Positions 18,701 to 27,877 are shown, counted from the stretch's first letter. The stretch is DNA of 38,445 nucleotides from Candidatus Woesearchaeota archaeon (GCA_018221245.1 JAAOYH010000030.1:1-38445); one strand, 5' to 3'. Made by a program: numbers and translations. Notes: generated by a model not told the origin, from the sequence alone.

Positions 18701-19372
18701 ATGATTCCGTTAAACAACACCGTTCTGACGCCAAAGTTCAGTGAGAGCACTAAAGACGAGACTAAACTCAAGACAGGCACAACCACAGTAGGCCTGGTAT
18801 GCAAGGACTGCATAGTGCTCGCGGCAGACAAACGGGCCACTGCAGGAAGCATGATCGTCCAGAAGGACACCAAAAAGGTCATGCCTGTGACAGAACACAT
18901 AGCAGTTACCTGGGCAGGTAGCGTCTCTGACCTACAACTGCTCTACAAGTACCTCTCCGCAGAACTAAAGCTAAAACAGATTCGGGGAGGAAGGGAAACC
19001 ACTGTGAAAGAGGCAGCGAACCTTCTCAGTAATTGGGTCTACCACTTGATAAGGAGTAGCTACGGAGTAGCGCACTTTCTCATGGGTGGCTATGATTCAC
19101 AACCCAGGCTGTTCGACATATACCCTGATGGTAGCCTGACCTCAACAGACGAGTACGTCGTCTCTGGCAGTGGAAGCGTCTTCGCCCTAGGAGTCCTAGA
19201 GAACAAGTACAAGAAGGGGCTCTCAAAAGAAGAGGGTGTGGCACTAGTGTTGGAAGCTATCAACTCTGCTCTTGCCCGTGACAGCGGCAGCGGCAATGGC
19301 ATCGATGTCTATGTGGTAGACAAGAACGGTGTGAAACTCGCAGTCTCCAAGATTATCGATACTCGCGTATAA
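18701..19372 (+). CDS. psmB: Proteasome subunit beta
   Basis: Propeptide then KTG|TTTVG, VLAADKRATAG, AGSVSDLQ, SGSGS, ARDSGSGNG. Confidence 0.96.
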   Translation: MIPLNNTVLTPKFSESTKDETKLKTGTTTVGLVCKDCIVLAADKRATAGSMIVQKDTKKVMPVTEHIAVTWAGSVSDLQLLYKYLSAELKLKQIRGGRETTVKEAANLLSNWVYHLIRSSYGVAHFLMGGYDSQPRLFDIYPDGSLTSTDEYVVSGSGSVFALGVLENKYKKGLSKEEGVALVLEAINSALARDSGSGNGIDVYVVDKNGVKLAVSKIIDTRV

Positions 19373-19400
19373 AACGCGACCCTTTCTGGAAGGGAAGAAT

Positions 19401-21287
19401 ATGCCAAAAGAAATCCTGAAAGAAATAATGAAGCACGTTCCTGAGGACTCAATCTCAGACGTTGCATTCGAAGCGGCTAATATAGTACTCTACACTACTG
19501 ACAAGACTTTTCTGGCTGACGACAAAGGCCAGGTTCGCAACGCGGTGAACGCCATCAAGAAGAGGATAGAGCTCCGCCCTGACCCTAGCATATGCGTCGA
19601 CCAGGAAACAGCAGAGAAGATGATCCACGATATTTTGGGTGAGGATGCAGGAATTGACCATATTACTTTCGATCCGCAAAGATCAATAGTATACATAGAG
19701 CTCGAAAAGCCAGGAGTTGCAATCTCGAACAGGGGAGAGCTGCTCCGCAAGATGCGCCTAGAGATATTCTGGATACCAATCATCAAGCGGAAACCTCCTA
19801 TAAAGAGCCAGCTCATAGAGAACATCCGTTCAGTACTGTACGAGAACTCAGACTACAGGCGAAAATTCCTCCACAAGACCGGCCAGAGAATCTACAACGG
19901 ATGGCTCAGGCAGAAGAAAGAGGAATGGGTGAGAGTAACCTATCTAGGAGGAGGTCGCCAAGTTGGTCGCTCAGCAATATTCCTCCAGACGCCTGAGAGC
20001 AGGGTACTGTTCGATTGTGGGATTAACCCCGCGAGCAAGGATCAAGCATATCCTTACTTGGAAGCCCCGGAGTTCAGACTGGAAGAGCTCGACGCTATTG
20101 TTGTAAGCCACGCGCACTTGGACCACATAGGATTCATCCCATACCTGTTCAAAATGGGTTGGAGAGGCCCAGTTTACTGCACAGAGCCGACAAGGGATAT
20201 CATGGCTCTTATCCAACTCGACATGATTAAGATTGCTCGTGGTCGCGAATCCGACAGCATCTACTCAGTGGATGACGTGAAAGAGGTAGTGAAGCACACG
20301 ATAATCCTTGACCTAGAGTCAGTCACAGATATCACGCCTGATGTGAGAATCACGTTCTACAACTCGGGCCACATCCTGGGAGGCGCGATGATCCACATCC
20401 ATGTAGGGAATGGGTTACACAACATACTTTACACAGGGGACATAAAGTACGCGAAGACGCACATGCTCGCGGCAGCACACACAAAGTTCCCGAGATTAGA
20501 AACAGTCCTCATTGAGAGCACGTACGGAGGAAAGGAGAACGTCGTGGCAGGCTCAGCAGACGATGATTTTGCAGCCTTAGTGAAGAAGACACTCAATAGA
20601 GGGGGCAAGGTGCTCATCCCGAGCCTAGGCTCTGGCCGTGCACAAGAGATTGTTGTATACATCGAACGTCTCATCAAGGAGAAGAAGATGCCTGACGTTC
20701 CCATATACTTAGACGGCATGCTATGGGATATCATGGCAATCCACACAGCGTACCCTGAGTTCCTGAACAACAGTCTCAGGCAACGCATCTTCCATACTGA
20801 GGACAATCCTTTCATGGCAGATAATATTACTCGCGTCGGCTCAGCAAAAGAACGAAAACAGATAGTAGAGAATGAAGGCGGATGCATAATCATAGCCACA
20901 TCAGGTATGCTTGAAGGAGGCCCTTCAGTGTTCTACCTGCAGGAACTGGCAGATAACCCAAGAAATACACTTGTTTTCAGCTGCTACCAAGCAGAAGGAA
21001 CCTTGGGAAGACAGATCAGGGCAGGGGTCAGCGAGTTCACAGTACAGGATGGACGAGATACTCGTGTAATCCCTATCAAGCTAGAGCTCTTCAAGATAGA
21101 AATATCTGGACACTCTGATAGACGAGAACTGATGAGCTTCGTCAAACACTGCAGTCCTAAGCCAAGGAAGATACTGGTCAACCACGGCGAAGTATCAAGG
21201 TGCATAGATTTTGCAAAGAGCATACATCAGACATTCAGGATAGAGACCGTGTGCCCTCGCAACCTAGATACCATCCGACTGCGGTAA
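19401..21287 (+). CDS. fttA: Beta-CASP ribonuclease aCPSF1 (transcription termination factor FttA)
   Basis: N-terminal KH region, LGGGRQVGRS, SHAHLDH, SGHILG, YTGD, ESTYG, SGHSD, NHGE; syntenic with psmB. Confidence 0.95.
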   Translation: MPKEILKEIMKHVPEDSISDVAFEAANIVLYTTDKTFLADDKGQVRNAVNAIKKRIELRPDPSICVDQETAEKMIHDILGEDAGIDHITFDPQRSIVYIELEKPGVAISNRGELLRKMRLEIFWIPIIKRKPPIKSQLIENIRSVLYENSDYRRKFLHKTGQRIYNGWLRQKKEEWVRVTYLGGGRQVGRSAIFLQTPESRVLFDCGINPASKDQAYPYLEAPEFRLEELDAIVVSHAHLDHIGFIPYLFKMGWRGPVYCTEPTRDIMALIQLDMIKIARGRESDSIYSVDDVKEVVKHTIILDLESVTDITPDVRITFYNSGHILGGAMIHIHVGNGLHNILYTGDIKYAKTHMLAAAHTKFPRLETVLIESTYGGKENVVAGSADDDFAALVKKTLNRGGKVLIPSLGSGRAQEIVVYIERLIKEKKMPDVPIYLDGMLWDIMAIHTAYPEFLNNSLRQRIFHTEDNPFMADNITRVGSAKERKQIVENEGGCIIIATSGMLEGGPSVFYLQELADNPRNTLVFSCYQAEGTLGRQIRAGVSEFTVQDGRDTRVIPIKLELFKIEISGHSDRRELMSFVKHCSPKPRKILVNHGEVSRCIDFAKSIHQTFRIETVCPRNLDTIRLR

Positions 21288-21319
21288 GGTTTTTATACTA
21301 AGCTTCTCGAGGAAACAAT

Positions 21320-21808
21320 ATGGGTTCGCTAGGTGTCTCGACGTATCGCTTCAGGGGAGTTTTCGACTATGAACTCCTTTACCAAGAGGGAAGGAAGTTT
21401 TTCCTGAATATTGTCGACCCTCCGGACTTCAACGAGAAGAAGTACAAGGACAAAGGACATCATTTTGAGGCGAAGTGGGATGCGAAACAGAGAGTGGATG
21501 CTTACCATAGGATAATCTACAAAGTGGAGTACAAGGCCATAGATATGAAAAAAGTGCAGAAGAATGGAAAGACACTCTATGAAGGCAAGATAAGGTTCTA
21601 CGTGGAGCCTATCCTCGATGAGAACTACGAGATGTCAGGGCCAGGGGGGAAGACTCAGGTATTCAAGGAGAACTCCATATTCCACAAGCTATATAAGCGG
21701 ATTACCCGGCGAGAAAGGGAGGAAGACCTGGAAGGCGTTGCTATTCGGACAGGACAGGCTTTCATCGACAAGATGAAGGAAATATGTGGCGCCCAGGCGA
21801 GGCTCTGA
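21320..21808 (+). CDS. Hypothetical protein (paralog of the next gene)
   Basis: FRGVFDYELLY N-terminal motif resembles FKGPFRVDEF of the next ORF; TTTTATA upstream. Confidence 0.7.
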   Translation: MGSLGVSTYRFRGVFDYELLYQEGRKFFLNIVDPPDFNEKKYKDKGHHFEAKWDAKQRVDAYHRIIYKVEYKAIDMKKVQKNGKTLYEGKIRFYVEPILDENYEMSGPGGKTQVFKENSIFHKLYKRITRREREEDLEGVAIRTGQAFIDKMKEICGAQARL

Positions 21809-22350
21809 TGGCTGAGATAAAGATACTAACAAAGAAGCCCATGACGTTCAAGGGACCGTTCAGGGTGGACGAGTTCTGCGGTCTCATAAGAAGATTCGCT
21901 AAGGAGCGCAACTATTTCATGGTTGAGGAGAACAACCAAGAAGATGTACTTCCTGATGGGAACCAAATAGTGATGGATGTGAATCTCTCCAAACAGCTAT
22001 CCGACTATGCCAAGGGAGTCATAGATGTCCATATCCACATGCACGGGTGCACTGACAAGGTGCTTGAGATAGAAGGCCAGAAGCAGAAGTGTCAGGTCGG
22101 GACTATAGATGTTGAGTGTGTTGCTAAAATGGAGTCGGATTACAGGAACCGCTATGAGAACAAAGGGTTCTCTTTCCTTTTCAGGACCATATCAGACAAG
22201 TTCATCCGGAGAGATATCACTCACCAGCAGAACGACAGTTGCACTAAGGACTGTACAGATCTTGCGGGAGAGCTGAAATCTTACTTGAATATGCACAGGT
22301 TCAAGCTCGACGACAGAGAGAAGATGAGTGAGCCTGAGGAGAAGGCTTAA
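21808..22350 (+). CDS. Hypothetical protein
   Basis: TGATG translational coupling at 21806-21810; 180 aa. Confidence 0.7.
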   Translation: MAEIKILTKKPMTFKGPFRVDEFCGLIRRFAKERNYFMVEENNQEDVLPDGNQIVMDVNLSKQLSDYAKGVIDVHIHMHGCTDKVLEIEGQKQKCQVGTIDVECVAKMESDYRNRYENKGFSFLFRTISDKFIRRDITHQQNDSCTKDCTDLAGELKSYLNMHRFKLDDREKMSEPEEKA

Positions 22351-22378
22351 AAACTTCTTACAGTTCTTTTTACGTATT

Positions 22379-22461
22379 GCCGAGGATGCCTAACCAGGTC
22401 GGGCGCAAGTCTCGAAAACTTGTTCCGTAAGGAATTGTGGGTTCAAATCCCTCCCTCGGCG
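22379..22461 (+). tRNA. tRNA-Ser(CGA)
   Basis: Acceptor GCCGAGG/CCTCGGC plus G73; anticodon arm CAAGT-CTCGAAA-ACTTG; long variable arm TTCC-GTAA-GGAA; T loop TTCAAAT. Confidence 0.92.
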
Positions 22462-22463
22462 TC

Positions 22464-24179
22464 ATGGCATACAGCACAGAGTGGGACCTATCACCTCTAC
22501 TTGATGGGAAAACAGTTGATGATAACTTAACCGAGTTGAATTCTCTTGTGAAATCCTTTGGGACTCACAGGGAAAAACTCGAAGGTATCTCTCCAAAGAA
22601 TTTCAAGAATATCGTCGAAGAGTACACCTTAATTACCGACAAAATGGTTAAAGTATCTGCGTACGCAGAGCTCCTACTGACCACCAAGACGGATGATCCT
22701 GAACGAATGGCTCTTAGTGGCTGTTTGGACCAGTTCTGTTCTGAGGCAGGAAACAAAATGAGGTTCTTCTCACTATGGTGGAAGGGGCTTAATGATGTAG
22801 AGAAATATCTTGAGGTTCTTGGAAGTGACAGGTACAATTTCGAGCACAAGAGAGCTTTTGCAGAGTTTACCTTGCCGGAAAAAGAGGAGAACATAATCAG
22901 CATCAAGGACTCTACGGGAGTATCAGGACTCAAGAATGTTTATTCTATCCTTGGTTCCAATATGGAGTACGAACTGGATGGGGAGACTCTCACTTACGAC
23001 CAACTCTCAAAAAAATTCAAGCACGAAGATTCGGCTGTGAGGAAAAGAGCTTACCAAGTTCTCTTCAAGACAATCGCGCCTTTCAGGGCTGCTTATGGCG
23101 AAATCTATTCTAATCTTGTTAGGGATATGGCATCTGAGGCCAAGCTAAGAGGCTACAAATCAGTCTTGAGCATAAGAAACCTTCAGAATGATCTTCCCGA
23201 CAAAGCTGTCGAAGCACATCTGCAGGCCTGCAGGGAATCTGCCCCTTTGTGGCAGAGGTTCTTGAAGCTGAAAGGAAAGGCGCTTGGAATAGAGATGACT
23301 CGTTTTGACATTTACGCCTCTTTATCAGAAGGAAGTGAAGAGTATACTTATGATGCTGCAGTTGAATTGACTCTCTCAGCTCTTGGTGATTTTTCTCCAA
23401 ACCTCAGAAAGGCCGCCGAGGAGATATACGAAAAAAAACAAGTCCATGTCTATCCAAAAAAAGGGAAAAGAGGTGGTGCGTTCTGTTTCGGAGTGACTCC
23501 AGGCCTGCCGCCTTACCTGATGTATAATTATGCAAATACTCTGAATGATGTTGCTACTGTTGCGCACGAGACTGGGCACGGAGTTCATTCTCAATTGGGA
23601 AGGAAGCACTCATCGCTAAGCTGGGGGCATGCTATTCCTGTGGCTGAGACCGCGAGTACCTTTGCAGAAATGTTATTATCTGATCACTTGCAGAGGAAGA
23701 ATCCCTCCATGAGACGGGAGTTGCTTGTGCACCAGTTGAATGATTTCTATGCTACTGTTTCTAGACAGAGTTTCTTCACGCTCTGGGAGATTGAGGCTCA
23801 CAAGTTATTGGCTGAAGGGAAGTCAATTGATGATGTTTCTAATGCCTACAAAGAGTTGCTTGTTGAGCAGTTCGGAGATATTGCATTTGATGATATCTTT
23901 AAGGACGAATGGCTTGTGGTTCATCATTTCTTTAACTGGCCTTTCTATTGCTACGGGTACAGCTTTGGGAATTTGCTAACTTTGGCGATGTTCTCGATGT
24001 ACAAGGAAGAAGGAGAGTCTTTTGTTGCGAAGTATGAAGAGTTCTTGTCTGCTGCACAAACCATGTCTCCTGTTGATTTATGTGCTATTGTTGGCGCGGA
24101 CATTACTAAGAAAGAGTTCTGGCTGAAAGGCTTGAAGGTCATTGAAGGCATGATTGATGAACTCGAGAGTATTTTGTAG
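22464..24179 (+). CDS. pepF: M3B oligoendopeptidase F
   Basis: EWDLSPL N-terminus, GKRGGAFC, HETGHGVH zinc motif, AETASTFAE, FYCYGYSFG; start moved to ATG 22464 because the ORF-track start lies in the tRNA. Confidence 0.92.
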   Translation: MAYSTEWDLSPLLDGKTVDDNLTELNSLVKSFGTHREKLEGISPKNFKNIVEEYTLITDKMVKVSAYAELLLTTKTDDPERMALSGCLDQFCSEAGNKMRFFSLWWKGLNDVEKYLEVLGSDRYNFEHKRAFAEFTLPEKEENIISIKDSTGVSGLKNVYSILGSNMEYELDGETLTYDQLSKKFKHEDSAVRKRAYQVLFKTIAPFRAAYGEIYSNLVRDMASEAKLRGYKSVLSIRNLQNDLPDKAVEAHLQACRESAPLWQRFLKLKGKALGIEMTRFDIYASLSEGSEEYTYDAAVELTLSALGDFSPNLRKAAEEIYEKKQVHVYPKKGKRGGAFCFGVTPGLPPYLMYNYANTLNDVATVAHETGHGVHSQLGRKHSSLSWGHAIPVAETASTFAEMLLSDHLQRKNPSMRRELLVHQLNDFYATVSRQSFFTLWEIEAHKLLAEGKSIDDVSNAYKELLVEQFGDIAFDDIFKDEWLVVHHFFNWPFYCYGYSFGNLLTLAMFSMYKEEGESFVAKYEEFLSAAQTMSPVDLCAIVGADITKKEFWLKGLKVIEGMIDELESIL

Positions 24180-24254
24180 TGTTGGGGTTATTTTTGACCA
24201 TTCTTTAATGGTATCATGAGATATTATTATATAATTTGAAGTTATGAGTACATT

Positions 24255-25322
24255 GTGCGAGACCCAAGCCATTCATTGAACGGGCTTACGCTTTCTGGAG
24301 CTAAAGAGCTTTCTCTCGAATATAACGTGCCTGTTTTCGATGTATTGCATATGGCTATTAATCTAAGAGGGGTAAAATCAAAAGGGGTTTCAGGACGAGG
24401 AAGGTTTCTTTTTAAACAAGATAGAAGAGAGTATATTATGGCAGTCTCCTTGGGGGAAAACACCCCGTTCAAGCACGAAGAAGGAGTTTTAAGGATTCAA
24501 GACGATGTCATAGGCACAGTTACTGATATTGAGGAAGATACGTGCGATGAAACATACTATAGAAATAATGGCCGTGCCCTCACTCTGAACTCTAACATCA
24601 AGAGTGATTGCAGAGGATGTATGTTCTGTGGCGCTTATGATTCTGTCGAAACTGAAAAGAGCTTGACAACAGAGGAGGGATTGAACAATAAAATTGATGA
24701 ACTTCTAAAAGAAAGTGGTGATGAGGATATGTCTTTTCTTGATTCTATAGGTGTTGTAACGGGATGTTTTCCTTCAGAGGATGATGTCCTGGGTCATTTG
24801 TTGTTGGTGAATGATGTTTTCAAGAATAGGGGGTTTTCTGGGACTGTTTGTTATGTTGGTTCGCAGATCACGAGCGAAGACTGTCTTGTTGAAATGGGTA
24901 AGAATAATATGGCACTTTACTTGACTGTAGAATGCTTTGAGAGAAGATCAAATCTTCTTAGACTGGGGAAAGCAGAACTAAATCTTGATGATGGGAGAGA
25001 TGTACTGAAGAAAGCAAGAAATGCAGGTCTAGAAACCTCTTTTTTGTATATCCTTGGGTTGGATTCCCTGGTCTCTATATCTGAACAGTTTCCAGAATAC
25101 TTAGATGTTATTTCCAGACATCCTATTGTGAACCTGATGCAGAACTATCAACCTATACATGAGACATTAAGGCATCCCACAGCATATTCTATGCATTATT
25201 TCCTTGGGGCGAGGAACCTAATAGAGAATGTGATGGGAAAAACATCTATGAGACCAAGACTGTGGGAGAATTATCGGGCTCCTTGGGCAACAACATATGG
25301 GGGAGATATTCTTGAATCCTAG
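24255..25322 (+). CDS. Radical SAM-like Fe-S protein with a non-canonical CxxCxxC motif
   Basis: TLNSNIKSDCRGCMFC, VVTGCF, YLTVECF, LYILGLD partial-barrel pattern; TTATATA about 28 nt upstream. Confidence 0.7.
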   Translation: MRDPSHSLNGLTLSGAKELSLEYNVPVFDVLHMAINLRGVKSKGVSGRGRFLFKQDRREYIMAVSLGENTPFKHEEGVLRIQDDVIGTVTDIEEDTCDETYYRNNGRALTLNSNIKSDCRGCMFCGAYDSVETEKSLTTEEGLNNKIDELLKESGDEDMSFLDSIGVVTGCFPSEDDVLGHLLLVNDVFKNRGFSGTVCYVGSQITSEDCLVEMGKNNMALYLTVECFERRSNLLRLGKAELNLDDGRDVLKKARNAGLETSFLYILGLDSLVSISEQFPEYLDVISRHPIVNLMQNYQPIHETLRHPTAYSMHYFLGARNLIENVMGKTSMRPRLWENYRAPWATTYGGDILES

Positions 25323-26427
25323 GAATGTCCTAGACTTACTAAAGAATAGAGGCCACGACTTTGTCACAGGAATACCTTGTGGGGTATTGAGTCCGCTTAT
25401 AGCAGAATTCAAGAGGGATTCGTTGTACGAACACTTAATTGTCCAGAATGAGCCTGAGGCCATAGGGGTTGCAGCTGGAGCTTATCTGGGTGGAAAGCGC
25501 CCTGTATTGTATATGCAAAATTCAGGCTTTCTAAAATCAATAAATGAATATGGTTCCCTGTTGATACCTAATGAGATTCCCATCTTGAACATTGTCAGTT
25601 ATAGGGGATGTCCAGGAGAGAACGCTCCTCAGCATTTTACTACTGGCAGAATCACTAAGAGCGTGTTGGACATCCTAAATATTCCTTGGGCACAGATGGA
25701 AGATGATGTCTGCGTAATTGATTCGGTATTCGCAGAAATGGAAGAAAAGTCAGTCCCTGGTGTAATTCTTATCAAAAGATCTACGTTTGGAGAGTCTCAT
25801 AATCCACAGAACTGTCGTCAACATGTCCCTGAGATACTTGTGAATGAAAGGTTGAACGTTTTGGATATTTTGAGGCGGGAAGAGGCGTTGGATGCAATTC
25901 TTTCCGCAACAACAGAGATGGACGCAATATTGTCTGGCACCGGGTTGATGAGCAGATCTATCTATGAACGAAATGATGGCCCAAACAAATTCTATACTGC
26001 TGGTGCATTCGGCCTGGTATCTTCAATAGGTCTTGGGTTTTCGTTGGCAAAGCCAGATACTGGAACTGTTGTTATAGATGGGGATGCGAGCCTTCTTTCA
26101 AATTTAGGTTCTTTGATAAGTACAGGCAGGGCACAACCGAGGAATCTCGTACATGTTGTTGTTGATAATCATGCGTACGGTTCATGCCAGGAGGAACCTA
26201 GCTGTTCAGATATCGTAAAATTTCCTCAAATTGCCGCACATCACGGGTTTAGAAGAGTATTTTCAGTGAATAACCCAAGAGACATCTCCGAGGCGGTACG
26301 AGAATCCCTTGCAGGGGGAGGTCCTGCGTTAATTCATATCCCTATTCAGTTAGGAGGACGAAGAGATTTCAAACGTCCGATGAACTTACCTTATATCTCC
26401 AGGAGGTTCAAAAAAACATTTTCATGA
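25312..26427 (+). CDS. ThDP-dependent decarboxylase, fused ComD/ComE (sulfopyruvate/phosphonopyruvate decarboxylase family)
   Basis: VTGIPC, NEPEAIGVAAGAYLGG..P.LYMQNSG, YRG.PGENAPQH, DGDAS...VDNHAYGS; probable TTG start at 25312 after GGGGGAG (alternative ATG 25297). Confidence 0.85.
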   Translation: MNPRNVLDLLKNRGHDFVTGIPCGVLSPLIAEFKRDSLYEHLIVQNEPEAIGVAAGAYLGGKRPVLYMQNSGFLKSINEYGSLLIPNEIPILNIVSYRGCPGENAPQHFTTGRITKSVLDILNIPWAQMEDDVCVIDSVFAEMEEKSVPGVILIKRSTFGESHNPQNCRQHVPEILVNERLNVLDILRREEALDAILSATTEMDAILSGTGLMSRSIYERNDGPNKFYTAGAFGLVSSIGLGFSLAKPDTGTVVIDGDASLLSNLGSLISTGRAQPRNLVHVVVDNHAYGSCQEEPSCSDIVKFPQIAAHHGFRRVFSVNNPRDISEAVRESLAGGGPALIHIPIQLGGRRDFKRPMNLPYISRRFKKTFS

Positions 26428-26945
26428 GACTTGAAGAACTGTTCCGTAGTATAAGAGATGTACCGTACTCTCAAAATTTTATTGAGGGAACAGAGGGGTT
26501 ATCATGCAAGGATAAACATACAAATATGGTTGATGGTCTATATAAGTTAGGAATATCTTCAAGATTTGTGACTACCCGTTTTGCGTGGCACGAGCTGTCC
26601 AAGAGAGGGGTGCAATATCCGCCTCTCATGAGTGAACTTGCTTATGGGGCGGGAGAATCGTTCCATATGGCGTGCGAGGCTTATTTGGACGATGGGTGGA
26701 CTCTTTTAGATGCTACATGGGATAAACATCTAGCGGATGTTGGGTTTCCAGTAAATGAAGATCCTCGTAATTGCGTACATGCAGTTTTCCCCAGAGATAT
26801 TATTATTCACAAAGATTTGGATATTAGAGATAATTTGCTGGATAAATTCAGAGCGAACTATTCGAATCTTCAATGGGAGCGCAAACGCATCTTCTACAAA
26901 GAGTTAGATTCTTGGATGAATAAAATTAGAAATCGACATCAATAA
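26424..26945 (+). CDS. Transglutaminase-like (Cys-His-Asp) domain protein
   Basis: DVPY, SCKDKH, FHMACEAYLDDGWTLLDATWD; ATGA overlap with the upstream gene. Confidence 0.7.
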   Translation: MRLEELFRSIRDVPYSQNFIEGTEGLSCKDKHTNMVDGLYKLGISSRFVTTRFAWHELSKRGVQYPPLMSELAYGAGESFHMACEAYLDDGWTLLDATWDKHLADVGFPVNEDPRNCVHAVFPRDIIIHKDLDIRDNLLDKFRANYSNLQWERKRIFYKELDSWMNKIRNRHQ

Positions 26946-26969
26946 ATATGTATCTATGCCTGCAACATC

Positions 26970-27599
26970 ATGGGCGGGTGGGATGATATTTACAAAAAGG
27001 ATCCTAAAGACTATTCTTATTATGATTTGGGCAAACCACACAAAGACTTGCCAAAGATAGTGCGTCGTTTCAAAGGCGTGAAAAATGTTCTGGATATTGG
27101 TTGTGGATCTGGTAGGAACTTTTTCTACCTCACCAAACATTTTCAAGTTGAAGGTATAGATATTGCTAAAGAGGGGGTTCGACAGATAAAGAAGATTCTG
27201 CCTGAATCAAGAGTTAAGGTGGGAGATATATACAACAAATTACCTTACAAAACTGGTGTGTTCGATGCTATTGTGGGCATCCAAGTTCTACAGCATTCCA
27301 CGGAACCGAAGATTAAGAAAGCAATTTCCGAAATTTTCAGAATTCTGAAGCCAGGAGGGTGGTTGTTCATTACAGTTGGTGGAAGAATCTCTAAAGGAGA
27401 GGTGAGATACTGCCTTGTTAAAACTGCTAAAAAGATGGCGCCGAACACGTATGTCCCTACAAAAGGAAGCGAGAAAGGCCTTACTCATTTTATCTACAGC
27501 AAGAAGCGCCTTCTTGATCACTTCGAGTTGTTCGATATTATCGAAACGTGGAAGGACGACAAGGACTATTATTGCCTTCTAGCAAGAAAGCCAACATAA
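26970..27599 (+). CDS. Class I SAM-dependent methyltransferase
   Basis: VLDIGCGSGRN, GIDIA, LPYKTGVFDAIV, IFRILKPGGWL. Confidence 0.9.
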   Translation: MGGWDDIYKKDPKDYSYYDLGKPHKDLPKIVRRFKGVKNVLDIGCGSGRNFFYLTKHFQVEGIDIAKEGVRQIKKILPESRVKVGDIYNKLPYKTGVFDAIVGIQVLQHSTEPKIKKAISEIFRILKPGGWLFITVGGRISKGEVRYCLVKTAKKMAPNTYVPTKGSEKGLTHFIYSKKRLLDHFELFDIIETWKDDKDYYCLLARKPT

Positions 27600-27631
27600 T
27601 GGAATTTTCTCTTTATTATGGAGAGTTTCCA
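27600..27631. repeat. Imperfect palindrome sharing 13 nt with the tRNA-Glu cassette arm
   Basis: TGGAATTTTCTCT-TTATTAT-GGAGAGTTTCCA; GGAATTTTCTCTT (27601-27613) is identical to 28353-28365. Confidence 0.6.
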
Positions 27632-27682
27632 GTATTGTAATATCTACATAATATTTTTAAAGGAATTACTCTCCCGGAAGCC

Positions 27683-27757
27683 GGGTCCGTAGCTCAGCCT
27701 GGTCAGAGCAATCGGCTCTTAACCGATCGGCCGCGGGTTCGAATCCCGTCGGACCCA
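27683..27757 (+). tRNA. tRNA-Lys(CTT)
   Basis: Acceptor GGGTCCG/CGGACCC plus A; anticodon arm ATCGG-CTCTTAA-CCGAT; T arm GCGGG-TTCGAAT-CCCGT. Confidence 0.96.
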
Positions 27758-27802
27758 TAGTGCTCAGAAATGTAATTTCTGGCACGTGAGCTCACGCTCA
27801 AC

Positions 27803-27877
27803 GCTCCTGTAGTGTAGTCCGGTCAATCATTTCGCCCTCTCGAGGCGAAGACCCGGGTTCGAATCCCGGCGGGAGCA
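27803..27877 (+). tRNA. tRNA-Glu(CTC)
   Basis: Acceptor GCTCCTG/CGGGAGC plus A; anticodon arm TCGCC-CTCTCGA-GGCGA; T arm CCGGG-TTCGAAT-CCCGG. Confidence 0.96.

Noticed and set aside
24194-24235. Bacterial sigma70-like TTGACC and TATAAT upstream of the radical SAM gene
   Set aside because: The spacing (30 nt) is wrong; an archaeal TATA box explains the AT-rich tract.
27662-27685. GGAATTACTCTCCCGG upstream of tRNA-Lys, resembling the cassette arm
   Set aside because: The match is too short and gapped, and it lies in the tRNA promoter/leader.
27760-27795. Hairpin GTGCTCAGAAAT-GTA-ATTTCTGGCAC and palindrome GTGAGCTCAC between tRNA-Lys and tRNA-Glu
   Set aside because: Adequately explained as spacer structure in a dicistronic tRNA precursor; no second copy seen.
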